From NCBI GenBank assembly GCA_963667015.2, contig CAXXJJ010000004.1:3200001-3264000 (forward strand): 64,000 nucleotides of DNA, written 5' to 3'. Source of the DNA: Desulfatiglandales bacterium (GTDB lineage Bacteria > Desulfobacterota > DSM-4660 > Desulfatiglandales > HGW-15). Under the pieces are notes generated by a model. The model was given only the letters and a program-made list of their open reading frames with translations. It was not told the DNA's origin and did not search any database. Shown here piece after piece: positions 1 through 8,322 of this stretch (positions are counted from its first letter, which is position 1; the number at the start of each line of letters is the position of its first letter). The position numbers were made by a program, and so were the translations under genes.

Positions 1-79
1 CAAAAAAGGATAGTGTCCAGTTCTCGGATAATATATCTTCAATAGTATCCGCAGATACTCCGCAAATAGTACAATTCAT
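1..79 (-). CDS. Small CxxC-containing hypothetical protein, 5' part only (runs off window start)
   Basis: ATG at 79 reads MNCTICGVSADTIEDILSENWTLSFF with no stop before the window edge; GGAG about 15 nt upstream. Confidence 0.5.
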   Translation of the reverse strand, partial: MNCTICGVSADTIEDILSENWTLSFF

Positions 80-363
80 AATGCTTTTTATAAAACTCCA
101 GTATATAAATATTTAAACCTTTTTCAGGTTTCAAAGCAGGGTGAGATTATACCAATAAGGCCTATTTTACAAGTAAAATATTTTCAGGCCTCTTTTGATC
201 CACTGTATTTATTAACTTTAGGACACCTTTTCCTGACAGACGGTCCTGGATCTGAAATTGTTCTGCTTTGATAATTTTATATTGAATATTCAAGCAGATA
301 TGCTATTTGAACTAATGAATCTGAAATCGGTTTGAATATTTAACAATAAGAAAGGATAAGATT

Positions 364-621
364 ATGTCTGACCTTACAGTTTTTCACAGCGGGAATCCAG
401 GGTGAGTCTCCTGCAAAAAGGCTATAGTCGTAGCCGAAGAGATGAAGAATATATTTGGAGAAAAAATTAATTTAAATATCTACACCTTGGACTCCTTAGA
501 AGCCATGCAATATAAGTTTAAAAGCGCCACAAACGTCCTGCTTGATGGAGCTATGGTACCGCTGGATATCTCACTGGATAAAGAAAAAATGAAAAATTAT
601 CTTGATGAAAGGCTTACATAG
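364..621 (+). CDS. Putative selenoprotein, small thioredoxin-like protein with U-x-x-C motif (85 aa, Sec at TGA 403-405)
   Basis: AAGGA RBS, ATG 364; MSDLTVFHSGNPG-U-VSCKKAIVVAEEMK...NYLDERLT-TAG 621; frame stays open for 71 codons after the TGA; hairpin immediately downstream. Confidence 0.8.
406..443 (+). promoter_or_regulatory. Candidate bacterial SECIS element
   Basis: Upper stem GGCTAT(420-425)/GTAGCC(430-435), loop AGTC with G at position 2, loop begins 20 nt after UGA; lower stem GTCTC(406-410)/GAGAT(439-443). Confidence 0.7.
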
Positions 622-638
622 AATTGTAGAGACATTCT

Positions 639-668
639 TGTCGCGGCGCAGCTTCAGCGAAGACGGAT
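639..668. repeat. Dispersed REP-like intergenic repeat (TGTCnCGnCRnAGCTTYAGCGAnnnCGG), copy 1
   Basis: 641-666 matches 13970-13995 at 25/26 nt; related copies at 13921 and 28763. Confidence 0.7.
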
Positions 669-719
669 AAAATCCCTCTTCGCTGCAATGGATATCAGGT
701 GCAATTTTCAGGTATTACA

Positions 720-842
720 TCAGAGAACTGATGCCAGCCGTTCACCCATTTTAATAGAGGTTTCATATCCTTTTTTTGTATTCTCCAGAATATCACCATC
801 CACCTGAACTTTATCCTTTTCAAAAAGTACAATTATTGATGA
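720..842 (-). pseudogene. psd: Orphan 3' fragment of a phosphatidylserine decarboxylase gene
   Basis: Translates SSIIVLFEKDKVQVDGDILENTKKGYETSIKMGERLASVL*, matching the C-terminus of the intact Psd at 8323-9324; 731-838 aligns ungapped to 8337-8444 with about 15 mismatches in 108 nt. Confidence 0.85.
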
Positions 843-957
843 TCTGGCCGAGTTCATCCAGGACCTTCTTTATCTTTTTTTCATCATCTGTCGCTATCCT
901 TGAAGCCCTTAAGGCCTGTGACATGAAACAGGCAAAACAGTCAAGATATGTCTGCAT
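820..957 (-). pseudogene. 5' fragment of DUF89/ARMT1-like damage-control phosphatase, truncated at the junction with the psd fragment
   Basis: MQTYLDCFACFMSQALRASRIATDDEKKIKKVLDELGQ resembles the DUF89 N-terminus (TYLDCxxC..QAL); starts 7 nt after the NifX-like stop; runs out of frame into psd sequence and stops at 820. Confidence 0.7.
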
Positions 958-964
958 ACTTCAA

Positions 965-1669
965 TCAGCTATTCTCAAGTGTATTAATTTTAGCCTGAAT
1001 ATCCCCGGCCTGTTTCAGCAGATCCTGTGCCTGTTTTTTAAGAAGATCAAGTTCCTCTTTCTTTGAAAAGTCAGGTTTGGGTCCTTCATTTACTCCGGCC
1101 ATTCCGGCACCACTTCTCATTCCCATGCCGCCACCCATACCGCGACCCTGGCCCATGCCCATACCTCGGCCCTGGCCTTTTCCTCCGCACATACCCATGC
1201 CTCTGCCTCCTCCCATACCGCGGCCCTGGCCCATTCCCATGCCGGCATTCGGGGATTGGTCATAGACCGGGTTTGAGGATTTCTGTTGAACGGAAGAGTC
1301 TCCGCCCTGCACACCATAATGATCCGGAACATTTGCTTCAGTTGATGCACTTAGCTCGTTTTTTTTAAGCCTTGCAACAGCATCTTTAATTGTGCCTGAC
1401 TGCCCTGTAAACAGTTTTATTTTTGCTGCATTCAGGACCTTTGCTGCATTAGGACCGCAGTTGCCTGTAATTACAGCCTCTGCATCTTTTGATGAGACAA
1501 ACTGACCTGCCTGTATGCCGGCGCTGCCGCTGAGTGTAATACTCTCATTTTCAAACGCCTCAAAATTCATTGTATCTGTATCACAGATAATAAAATACCG
1601 GCACCTGCCAAAACGGGGATCAATCTGTGAATCAAGATTTTTTCCGCTGGAACTGATTGCTGCTTTCAT
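965..1669 (-). CDS. NifB/NifX-family (dinitrogenase FeMo-cofactor biosynthesis domain) protein with Gly/Met/Arg-rich linker and coiled-coil C-terminus
   Basis: DPRFGRCRYF, GAGIQA-like and ITGNCGPNA motifs; GMGMGQGRG repeats; ELDLLKKQAQDL tail. Confidence 0.85.
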   Translation of the reverse strand: MKAAISSSGKNLDSQIDPRFGRCRYFIICDTDTMNFEAFENESITLSGSAGIQAGQFVSSKDAEAVITGNCGPNAAKVLNAAKIKLFTGQSGTIKDAVARLKKNELSASTEANVPDHYGVQGGDSSVQQKSSNPVYDQSPNAGMGMGQGRGMGGGRGMGMCGGKGQGRGMGMGQGRGMGGGMGMRSGAGMAGVNEGPKPDFSKKEELDLLKKQAQDLLKQAGDIQAKINTLENS

Positions 1670-2167
1670 TTTTTCCTCCCTGTTTTATGGAGTTAATAGA
1701 TTTATTAATTTATTGCGGATGCTGTACTATCAATGCATATACCATTGCAAACTAATGCAAACATACCACAATATCTTATTTAAAGAGCATTTTTGATGCC
1801 AAATCATCAAAATATCATTTAATCACTGTATAACCTTGTTTTTATTTATTTTTTTCCACATTACATTTAATCGGGATCAAAAGAATGGGCACTAGCATTG
1901 CATCTTTGCAGTTGTTTTAATGCAATTATGCAATGCCAGCATGAAGTCAACTATTTATTTGGCAAAAGACGATATTCTGAATAAGAAATTGAACCGATTA
2001 CCTGGTCGGTAATCCTTTTTAAATCTGCGGTTATTATTGTCCATTGTTCACCAACTGAGTCACTACGGCATTACAAGAAAAATATTTGAACAGATCGCCC
2101 TCTATCATGTTTGTCCCATAAAATCTGGAACCTGACATCTCTACAGCATGATGTAGCAGCTATTTCC

Positions 2168-2196
2168 TTGACACACTACACTGACGCTCTTATACT
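2168..2196 (+). promoter_or_regulatory. Sigma70-type promoter of the oxidoreductase operon
   Basis: TTGACA(2168-2173), 17 nt spacer, TATACT(2191-2196). Confidence 0.7.
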
Positions 2197-2207
2197 CGTT
2201 CCCGGTT

Positions 2208-2229
2208 TTTAAAAGAACGCTCTTTTAAA
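2208..2229. promoter_or_regulatory. Palindromic candidate operator just downstream of the promoter
   Basis: TTTAAAAGA-ACGC-TCTTTTAAA, perfect 9-bp inverted repeat. Confidence 0.5.
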
Positions 2230-2314
2230 TTAAATTGACATCAAGCGACAGCGCTTCACAGCTCTGCCTCCTGCTGCCTGACATTCGCACTCGAACAGAA
2301 CCTGGAGATTACAA

Positions 2315-2809
2315 TTGAACTTAAACATTGATTCGGAAACTAGGCACAATATTGATCATGTCCTGAGTAAACATGCCATAGAACGGGGATCGCTGCTCAC
2401 TCTTCTTCAGGCCATTCAGTCAGAATTCAACTATCTGCCGCCGGGCTCACTTCCCATAGTAGCAGACCGGCTCAACCTTCCCTTAAGCCAGATCGTTTCA
2501 GTAGCAGAATTCTATGGATCATTCAGCCTTGTTCCACGCGGAAAGCATATTGTGACCGTGTGCCTGGGCACTGCCTGTCATGTCCGGGGAGCAGACCGCA
2601 TCCTCCGTGAAGCATCCCACGTCCTGGGCATTGAACCGGGAGAAACCACAAAAGATAAAATGTTTACTCTTGAAACGGTACGATGCCTGGGTGCCTGCGC
2701 ACTTGCGCCTGTCATGATGATTGACGGGATCTACCACGGTAAAATGACACCAAAAAAACTGCACAGTATCCTGCAGCCGTTACTTACAAAAAAGGAGGCA
2801 TGCAGGTGA
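2315..2809 (+). CDS. NuoE/HydC-like thioredoxin-fold [2Fe-2S] subunit
   Basis: VCLGTACHVRG and VRCLGACALAPVM motifs; GGAG RBS, TTG start. Confidence 0.9.
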   Translation: MNLNIDSETRHNIDHVLSKHAIERGSLLTLLQAIQSEFNYLPPGSLPIVADRLNLPLSQIVSVAEFYGSFSLVPRGKHIVTVCLGTACHVRGADRILREASHVLGIEPGETTKDKMFTLETVRCLGACALAPVMMIDGIYHGKMTPKKLHSILQPLLTKKEACR

Positions 2810-5800
2810 AAAAACAGTTGACCCTTAAAACATTTTCAGAACTCAGAGACAGTTTAAAACAGAACGGTTCAGTCAACCGTAAATGCATTGCAGTATGCGA
2901 CGGACCCGGCTGCCATGCCGGCGGAAGCAGGGATATTTATGATGCATTTGAAGAGCTTATAAAAAATGGAAACCTCTCGGAGAAAATCGAAGTTCGTCTT
3001 ACCGGCTGTCTTGGCCTGTGCCAGTGCGGACCGGTTGTTATGATCCTGCCTGATAACATCTTTTATAACAGTGTTTCAGCAGCAGATACCCGGGAAATAC
3101 TGGATCACATTGTAAATGAAAAACCTCCGATTGAGCGGCTGCTTTATAAAGACCCTGGCTCGGAAAAAACCGCATCCAACATTACTGACATCCCCTTTTA
3201 TAAACACCAGGAAAGAAGGCTCTTATCAAACAATAAATATATCCGGCCCGAATGCATTTATGACTATATAAACTGTAACGGCTACAGCGCACTTGCCCGC
3301 GCGCTTGAGTCCTCCCCGGAAGAGGTTATTGAAACAGTAAAGGCATCGGGCTTAAGGGGGAGGGGCGGAGCAGGTTTTCCAACCGGACTTAAATGGGAGT
3401 TCTGCCGAAAATCTCCCGGAAATATAAAATACCTGATATGCAACGCCGATGAAGGAGATCCCGGCGCATACATGGACAGGGCAGTGCTTGAAGGTAATCC
3501 ACACAGTGTTCTCGAAGGAATGCTCATAGGCGGATTTGCCATGGGAGCCGCAGAGGGCATTATCTACTGCAGGGCTGAGTACCCCATAGCTGTCCGTAAT
3601 GCAGTGCATGCAATAGAACAGGCAAAGGCCATGGGACTTATCGGGCATAATATCCTTGGTACAGGTTTTGATTTTGATATCACTGTAAAAACAGGCGCTG
3701 GCGCATTTGTATGCGGTGAAGAGACCGCCCTTATAGCATCCCTCGAGGATCTTCCCGGGGAACCAAGGCCTAAACCACCCTTTCCCGCACAGTCTGGTCT
3801 CTGGGAAAAGCCCACCAATATCAACAATGTTGAAACCTGGGCCAATATACCCATCATCGTTAAAGAGGGCTCAGAGTGGTACAGGGCGCTGGGCGCAGAG
3901 AAATGTCCCGGGACCAAGATATTTTCACTTGTAGGCAAGGTGCGCAATGCTGGGCTGGTGGAGGTACCCATAGGAATAAGTTTAAGGGAGCTTATATTTG
4001 ATATCGGAGGCGGGCCATTACCCGGAAGAAAAATAAAAGCAGTCCAGATAGGCGGGCCGTCAGGCGGATGTATCCCGGCCCACCTTCTTGACCTTCCGGT
4101 AGATTATGAAAGCCTTAATGACGCAGGGGCAATCATGGGTTCAGGCGGGGTCATTGTAATGGATGACCGAACCTGCATGGTTGATGTCTCAAAATATTTT
4201 CTGGAATTTTTAAAGGAAGAGTCATGTGGTAAATGTGTTCCCTGCCGTGAAGGTATTCCAAGGATGCTTGAAATTCTGAACCGGATTACCCGGGGAGATG
4301 GCCGGGAAGGCGATATAGAACTCCTTGAAAAAATAGGAACAACTGTAAAAAAGGCATCTTTATGCGGCCTAGGCCAGACAGCAGCAAATCCATTATTAAG
4401 CTCCATACGTTATTTCAGAGATGAGTATGAAGCGCATATAAAGCAGAAGAGATGTCCGGCTGCTGTGTGCAGAAAGATCATATCATCCCCCTGTCAACAT
4501 GTCTGCCCGCTGGGTACTGATGTGCCGGCATATATTACACTCATAGGTAAAAAACAGTACATGGAGGCGGCAGAAGTAATCTCAAAAACAAACCCGCTTC
4601 CAAATGTATGTGCCCGTGTGTGCCACCATCCATGCGAAGGGGCATGCTCCTGCGGTGAAGCAGGTGCACCCGTTGCAATAAGACCCTTAAAACGAGTCGC
4701 CATGGATTATGCAATAGAAAAGGGCAAGTGGCCCCCTGAAGAAACACCGGAAGCTGACAGGCCGGAAACGGTAGCTGTTGTAGGCTCTGGACCTGCAGGA
4801 CTCACTGCGGCATACAGCCTCGCTAAAAAGGGGTGCAGTGTTACACTCTTTGAAGCTGAACAGCAGCCGGGCGGCGCCCTTGCATGGGCTATTCCCGAAT
4901 ACCGCCTTCCTGCTGATGTTCTGAGCATGGATATCCAAAGGATTAAAAATATTGGGGTCACCTTCCGTACAGGTGTAAGGGTCGGACGGGATATCTCTTT
5001 TGATAAAATCAGGAAAGAGTTTAATGCTGTCTTTCTGGGCCTGGGAGTTAATAAAAATCTGAAGCTTCAGATTCTTGGAGAAGAGGGTCCCGATGTGCAT
5101 GACCCTCTACTCTTTCTCAAATCAGCCAAAATGGAAAAGATCGAAAAGCCCGGAGATTCGGTTGCAATCATCGGAGGAGGAAACGTTGCCATAGATGTGG
5201 CCCGGACCTGCGTGCGGCTGGGCTCAAAGAATGTGCTTATCCTGTACAGAAGGACCCGTGAGGAAATGCCCGCAGAAAAAAATGAAATAGAAATGGCCCT
5301 TGAAGAAGGCGTGCAAATAAAATTCCTTTCAACTCCGGTTCGTATTTTACGTGACAAAGATAAAATTACAGGTGTTGCCTGTTTACGGATGGAACCTGCA
5401 GGCATGGATAAACAGGGCAGGCGGCGTACAATCCCGATAGAAGGTGAAGAATTTGAAATACCTGCGGATTCAATAATACCAGCTATAGGGCAGGCCCTTG
5501 AACAGAGTGTTTCTGAATATTTTACAGAAAATATTATAAGTGAACGGAATCTTCTTAAGGCGAATCCTGAAACAGCAGCAACAAATATTCCGGGTGTATT
5601 TGCAGGAGGTGATGCAGTAACAGGACCCGCAACAGTGACAGAAGCCATGGCGGGAGGCATACGGGCTGCTGAATCGATTATTCAGTACCTGGACGGAAAC
5701 AGGGTAATGCGGGGATATAAAATTACAAGGCCCTCAGTTGATGTTAACCCGATTAAACTGACGGAACAGGAAATGGATGACCTGCTTGACCGGACACGTC

Positions 5801-5925
5801 CTGAAACTCCGGCGTTATCGGTCAGAGAAAGAAACAGGTGCTTTCGTGAAGTGGAGTTAAGAATGCCTGAACCGGATGCAGTAAATGAGGCAAAAAGATG
5901 CCTGAGATGCGACCGGCAGGGTTAA
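2806..5925 (+). CDS. NuoF/HydB-like NAD(H)/FMN subunit fused to a GltD/NfnB-like FAD/NADP(H) oxidoreductase domain
   Basis: N-terminal [2Fe-2S] Cys set; SGLRGRGGAGFPTG, NADEGDPGAYMDR, GGPSGG, ESCGKCVPCREG; then PCQHVCP, NPLPNVCARVCHHPCE, GSGPAG, GGGNVAID, YRRT, FAGGD, terminal EAKRCLRC. GTG 2806 has AAGGAGG RBS and overlaps the upstream TGA (track start 2800). Confidence 0.9.
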   Translation: MKKQLTLKTFSELRDSLKQNGSVNRKCIAVCDGPGCHAGGSRDIYDAFEELIKNGNLSEKIEVRLTGCLGLCQCGPVVMILPDNIFYNSVSAADTREILDHIVNEKPPIERLLYKDPGSEKTASNITDIPFYKHQERRLLSNNKYIRPECIYDYINCNGYSALARALESSPEEVIETVKASGLRGRGGAGFPTGLKWEFCRKSPGNIKYLICNADEGDPGAYMDRAVLEGNPHSVLEGMLIGGFAMGAAEGIIYCRAEYPIAVRNAVHAIEQAKAMGLIGHNILGTGFDFDITVKTGAGAFVCGEETALIASLEDLPGEPRPKPPFPAQSGLWEKPTNINNVETWANIPIIVKEGSEWYRALGAEKCPGTKIFSLVGKVRNAGLVEVPIGISLRELIFDIGGGPLPGRKIKAVQIGGPSGGCIPAHLLDLPVDYESLNDAGAIMGSGGVIVMDDRTCMVDVSKYFLEFLKEESCGKCVPCREGIPRMLEILNRITRGDGREGDIELLEKIGTTVKKASLCGLGQTAANPLLSSIRYFRDEYEAHIKQKRCPAAVCRKIISSPCQHVCPLGTDVPAYITLIGKKQYMEAAEVISKTNPLPNVCARVCHHPCEGACSCGEAGAPVAIRPLKRVAMDYAIEKGKWPPEETPEADRPETVAVVGSGPAGLTAAYSLAKKGCSVTLFEAEQQPGGALAWAIPEYRLPADVLSMDIQRIKNIGVTFRTGVRVGRDISFDKIRKEFNAVFLGLGVNKNLKLQILGEEGPDVHDPLLFLKSAKMEKIEKPGDSVAIIGGGNVAIDVARTCVRLGSKNVLILYRRTREEMPAEKNEIEMALEEGVQIKFLSTPVRILRDKDKITGVACLRMEPAGMDKQGRRRTIPIEGEEFEIPADSIIPAIGQALEQSVSEYFTENIISERNLLKANPETAATNIPGVFAGGDAVTGPATVTEAMAGGIRAAESIIQYLDGNRVMRGYKITRPSVDVNPIKLTEQEMDDLLDRTRPETPALSVRERNRCFREVELRMPEPDAVNEAKRCLRCDRQG

Positions 5926-5938
5926 AGGTAAATCAAAT

Positions 5939-6692
5939 ATGATTACAGCAACAATTAACAACAGGGAAATCAAGGCCGACGAGGGAAGTACTGTACTACA
6001 GGCTGCTCTCAAAAACGGCATCCATATCCCCACACTCTGTTATCATGAAGGCCTGCCTGCATACGGTGCCTGCCGTATGTGCCTGGTGGAGATAACACAG
6101 GGGGGGCGCTCAAAGCTTGAAAGCTCATGCACACGCCCAATAGAACAGGGAATGGAAATCAGGACAGACACCAAAGAAATACAGGAACACAGAAAGATGA
6201 TCATGGAATTTCTTCTTGCCCGCTGCCCGGAATCAGAGGCTGTGCTGGAGATGGCAAAAGAGGTGGGAATAACTGAAACCCGTTTTGATAGATCAAATGA
6301 AGACTTGCATTTTGTGCGGTTTGTGTGTTCGGGCCTGCCGGGATGCGATTGGAACAAGCGCCATAAGCTTTATCAACAGAGGTATCAAACGCCATGTGGA
6401 CACCCCGTTTTCAATTAACTCAGACGTGTGTGTAGGGTGCGGATCATGTGCACAGGTGTGTCCCACAGGTATGATAAAGATGGAAGATCGGGACGGAAAA
6501 CGCTATCTGAACTGCTTTAATACGGAACTTGAACTTATTGCCTGCAGTGAGTGCGGTAAATATTTTACCACCAAACGCTTTTTTGAAAAAAACAGGGAAA
6601 ACTTTGCAGGCCCTGATGAACTGCACTGCCTGTGTGACGACTGCAGGCGCAGGCAGCAGGCATCCAGGCTGTTACAGAGGCCGGCTTTTTAA
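5939..6692 (+). CDS. NuoG/HydA N-terminal-like Fe-S subunit ([2Fe-2S] plus 2x[4Fe-4S]), split by a +1 frameshift at ~6305
   Basis: IPTLC..YGACRMCLVE..SSC in 5939-6418; CILCGLCVRAC and CVGCGSCAQVCP in 6285-6692; removing one T from GACTTGC joins NED-CILCGLC into one 250-aa ORF. Confidence 0.8.
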
Positions 6693-6778
6693 TATTTTAT
6701 AGACTTAAAACTCCATCCATGGATCTTCTGTTCAAGGATGGATATGAAATCTAACGCATACAGAAAAGGAGTAAAAAC

Positions 6779-7270
6779 ATGAAACGAATCCATTTTGTGC
6801 CGAACCGGTGCATAGGGTGTGAGGAGTGTGTTGCGGCCTGCGAAAAAGCCCACGAATGGCATTCCCGCGCCTTTGTTGAAGTAGTTGACGGATACTTTCC
6901 CGTTCCATTGCGATGCTCACACTGCGATGATGCACCATGCAAGGCAGCATGTCCTACCGAGGCCATAAGGCGCAACGAGTTTGGGGCAATAGTTGTAACC
7001 AGAGACAAATGTATCGGGTGTGGAACCTGTGCGGAGGTATGCCCTTTTGGAATCCCTGTCATAAACAGTGCCACAGGCAAAATGATAAAATGCGATCTTT
7101 GTTCTGAAATAATAGCAGAACAGAAACCTGTCTGTGTTCAGGCCTGCCCCAAGGAGGCCCTTGAATTTGTAGAGCAGGATGAACCGTTGACAAACCGGCG
7201 CCAGCGTATGGCCCGTCACATAAAAAATGCTGCAACTCAGGAAAGCGGTCTTGCAAACCGCGGGATATGA
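6779..7270 (+). CDS. 4x[4Fe-4S] electron-transfer protein (HydN/CooF/DmsB-like)
   Basis: CIGCEECVAAC, CSHCDDAPCKAACP, CIGCGTCAEVCPFG, KCDLC..PVCVQACP. Confidence 0.9.
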   Translation: MKRIHFVPNRCIGCEECVAACEKAHEWHSRAFVEVVDGYFPVPLRCSHCDDAPCKAACPTEAIRRNEFGAIVVTRDKCIGCGTCAEVCPFGIPVINSATGKMIKCDLCSEIIAEQKPVCVQACPKEALEFVEQDEPLTNRRQRMARHIKNAATQESGLANRGI

Positions 7271-7288
7271 AACTGAAAGGAGTCTTAA

Positions 7289-7768
7289 ATGGGAGCGCTT
7301 ACAAAAAAACGCCCAATGGATGATATAGTAAAGGAGCTGGATCTTAACGAACGCATTGCAGTTATTAGCTGCAACAACTGCGTAAAGGTGTCAGGTGCCG
7401 GCGGAGAAGGTGTGTGGGAAGGATTTTGCGATGACCTTGAAAACAAAGGGTTCAGGATCGAAGACAGGATACTAATAACCAATCCCTGTTCACGCGGTTA
7501 CCTTGAAAACATAACCCTTTCGCCTGCTGTAAAAACCGTAGTTATGCTGGCCTGCGAAGGTGCCCAGAACGGCTTTAAAACCGTTTTTCCGGACATCAGG
7601 CTGGTTGCGGCAAACGAAACCCTTGGTCTTTTTGTGGCAAGCAAGGCCGATGGTGTTGTTAAACTTGCAATGACCTTTCCGGGCTACGAGGAACTGGCAG
7701 GAAGGGAATTCAGGCTCAAGGATACCCAGACAATGCTGGAGGGCGAAAAGATTCGTCTTGCAGAATAG
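7289..7768 (+). CDS. Four-cysteine protein resembling the N-terminal domain of MetV, paralog 1
   Basis: KRPMDDI..IAVISCNNCVKVSGAGGE..NPC..VMLACEG..FP..ETLG pattern; AAGGAG RBS. Confidence 0.6.
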   Translation: MGALTKKRPMDDIVKELDLNERIAVISCNNCVKVSGAGGEGVWEGFCDDLENKGFRIEDRILITNPCSRGYLENITLSPAVKTVVMLACEGAQNGFKTVFPDIRLVAANETLGLFVASKADGVVKLAMTFPGYEELAGREFRLKDTQTMLEGEKIRLAE

Positions 7769-7779
7769 GAGATTAAAAA

Positions 7780-8280
7780 ATGATTATTTCAGTTAGAAAT
7801 TTTGAATATGAAACCCTGAAGAAGGAGTTGAGTCCGGACGATAAAATCATAGTCTTCAGCTGCAACAATTGCGCAAAAAAATGCAAGGGGCTTGGCGGAC
7901 GCCCTGGCCTGAAAGCACTTGGAGATAAGCTTGATGCAGACGGATTTAATGTTGTAAGAAGGGAACTGTGCGGTGTTGCATGCTCCCTGGACCTTATAAG
8001 AAGACGGGCAAATGAGGAATCAACAAAAGCTTCCTTTGAAGAAGCGACAGTAATTATACCGCTTTCCTGTGAAGACGGAGAACGGGCACTGCCCGCTGTG
8101 TTCCCCGACAAAAAAATCATCAAAGTTACCAAAACGCTTGGTATAGGGTGGGGATCACCAAAGGAGGGAGTAAGGCTTACAACACCTCTTTCCGGAGTAA
8201 ATCTAAAAATAAATTCACCCGCAGGAATCACAATAGATGAAGCCGCTAAACAGCTCGGATTGTTTGCCGGCGGGTTTTAG
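7780..8280 (+). CDS. Four-cysteine protein resembling the N-terminal domain of MetV, paralog 2
   Basis: IIVFSCNNCAKKCKGLGG..VAC..PLSCEDG..VFP..KTLG, colinear with paralog 1; AGGAG RBS. Confidence 0.6.
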   Translation: MIISVRNFEYETLKKELSPDDKIIVFSCNNCAKKCKGLGGRPGLKALGDKLDADGFNVVRRELCGVACSLDLIRRRANEESTKASFEEATVIIPLSCEDGERALPAVFPDKKIIKVTKTLGIGWGSPKEGVRLTTPLSGVNLKINSPAGITIDEAAKQLGLFAGGF

Positions 8281-8322
8281 CTTTTTTCAAATATAACGGA
8301 ACCACTGAAAACTGTGGTTCCG

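Noticed and set aside
820..822. TGA ending the DUF89 fragment as a possible second Sec codon
   Set aside because: It lies in out-of-frame psd sequence and is followed by TAA three codons later.
776..1368. Plus-strand ORFs 776-1066, 1063-1368 and Pro-rich 1077-1265
   Set aside because: Antisense shadows of the psd/DUF89 fragments and of the Gly-rich nifX repeat.
2315..7270. Calling the operon respiratory complex I, [FeFe]-hydrogenase or glutamate synthase
   Set aside because: No membrane Nuo subunits, H-cluster motifs, molybdopterin domain or gltB, so no gene symbols were assigned.
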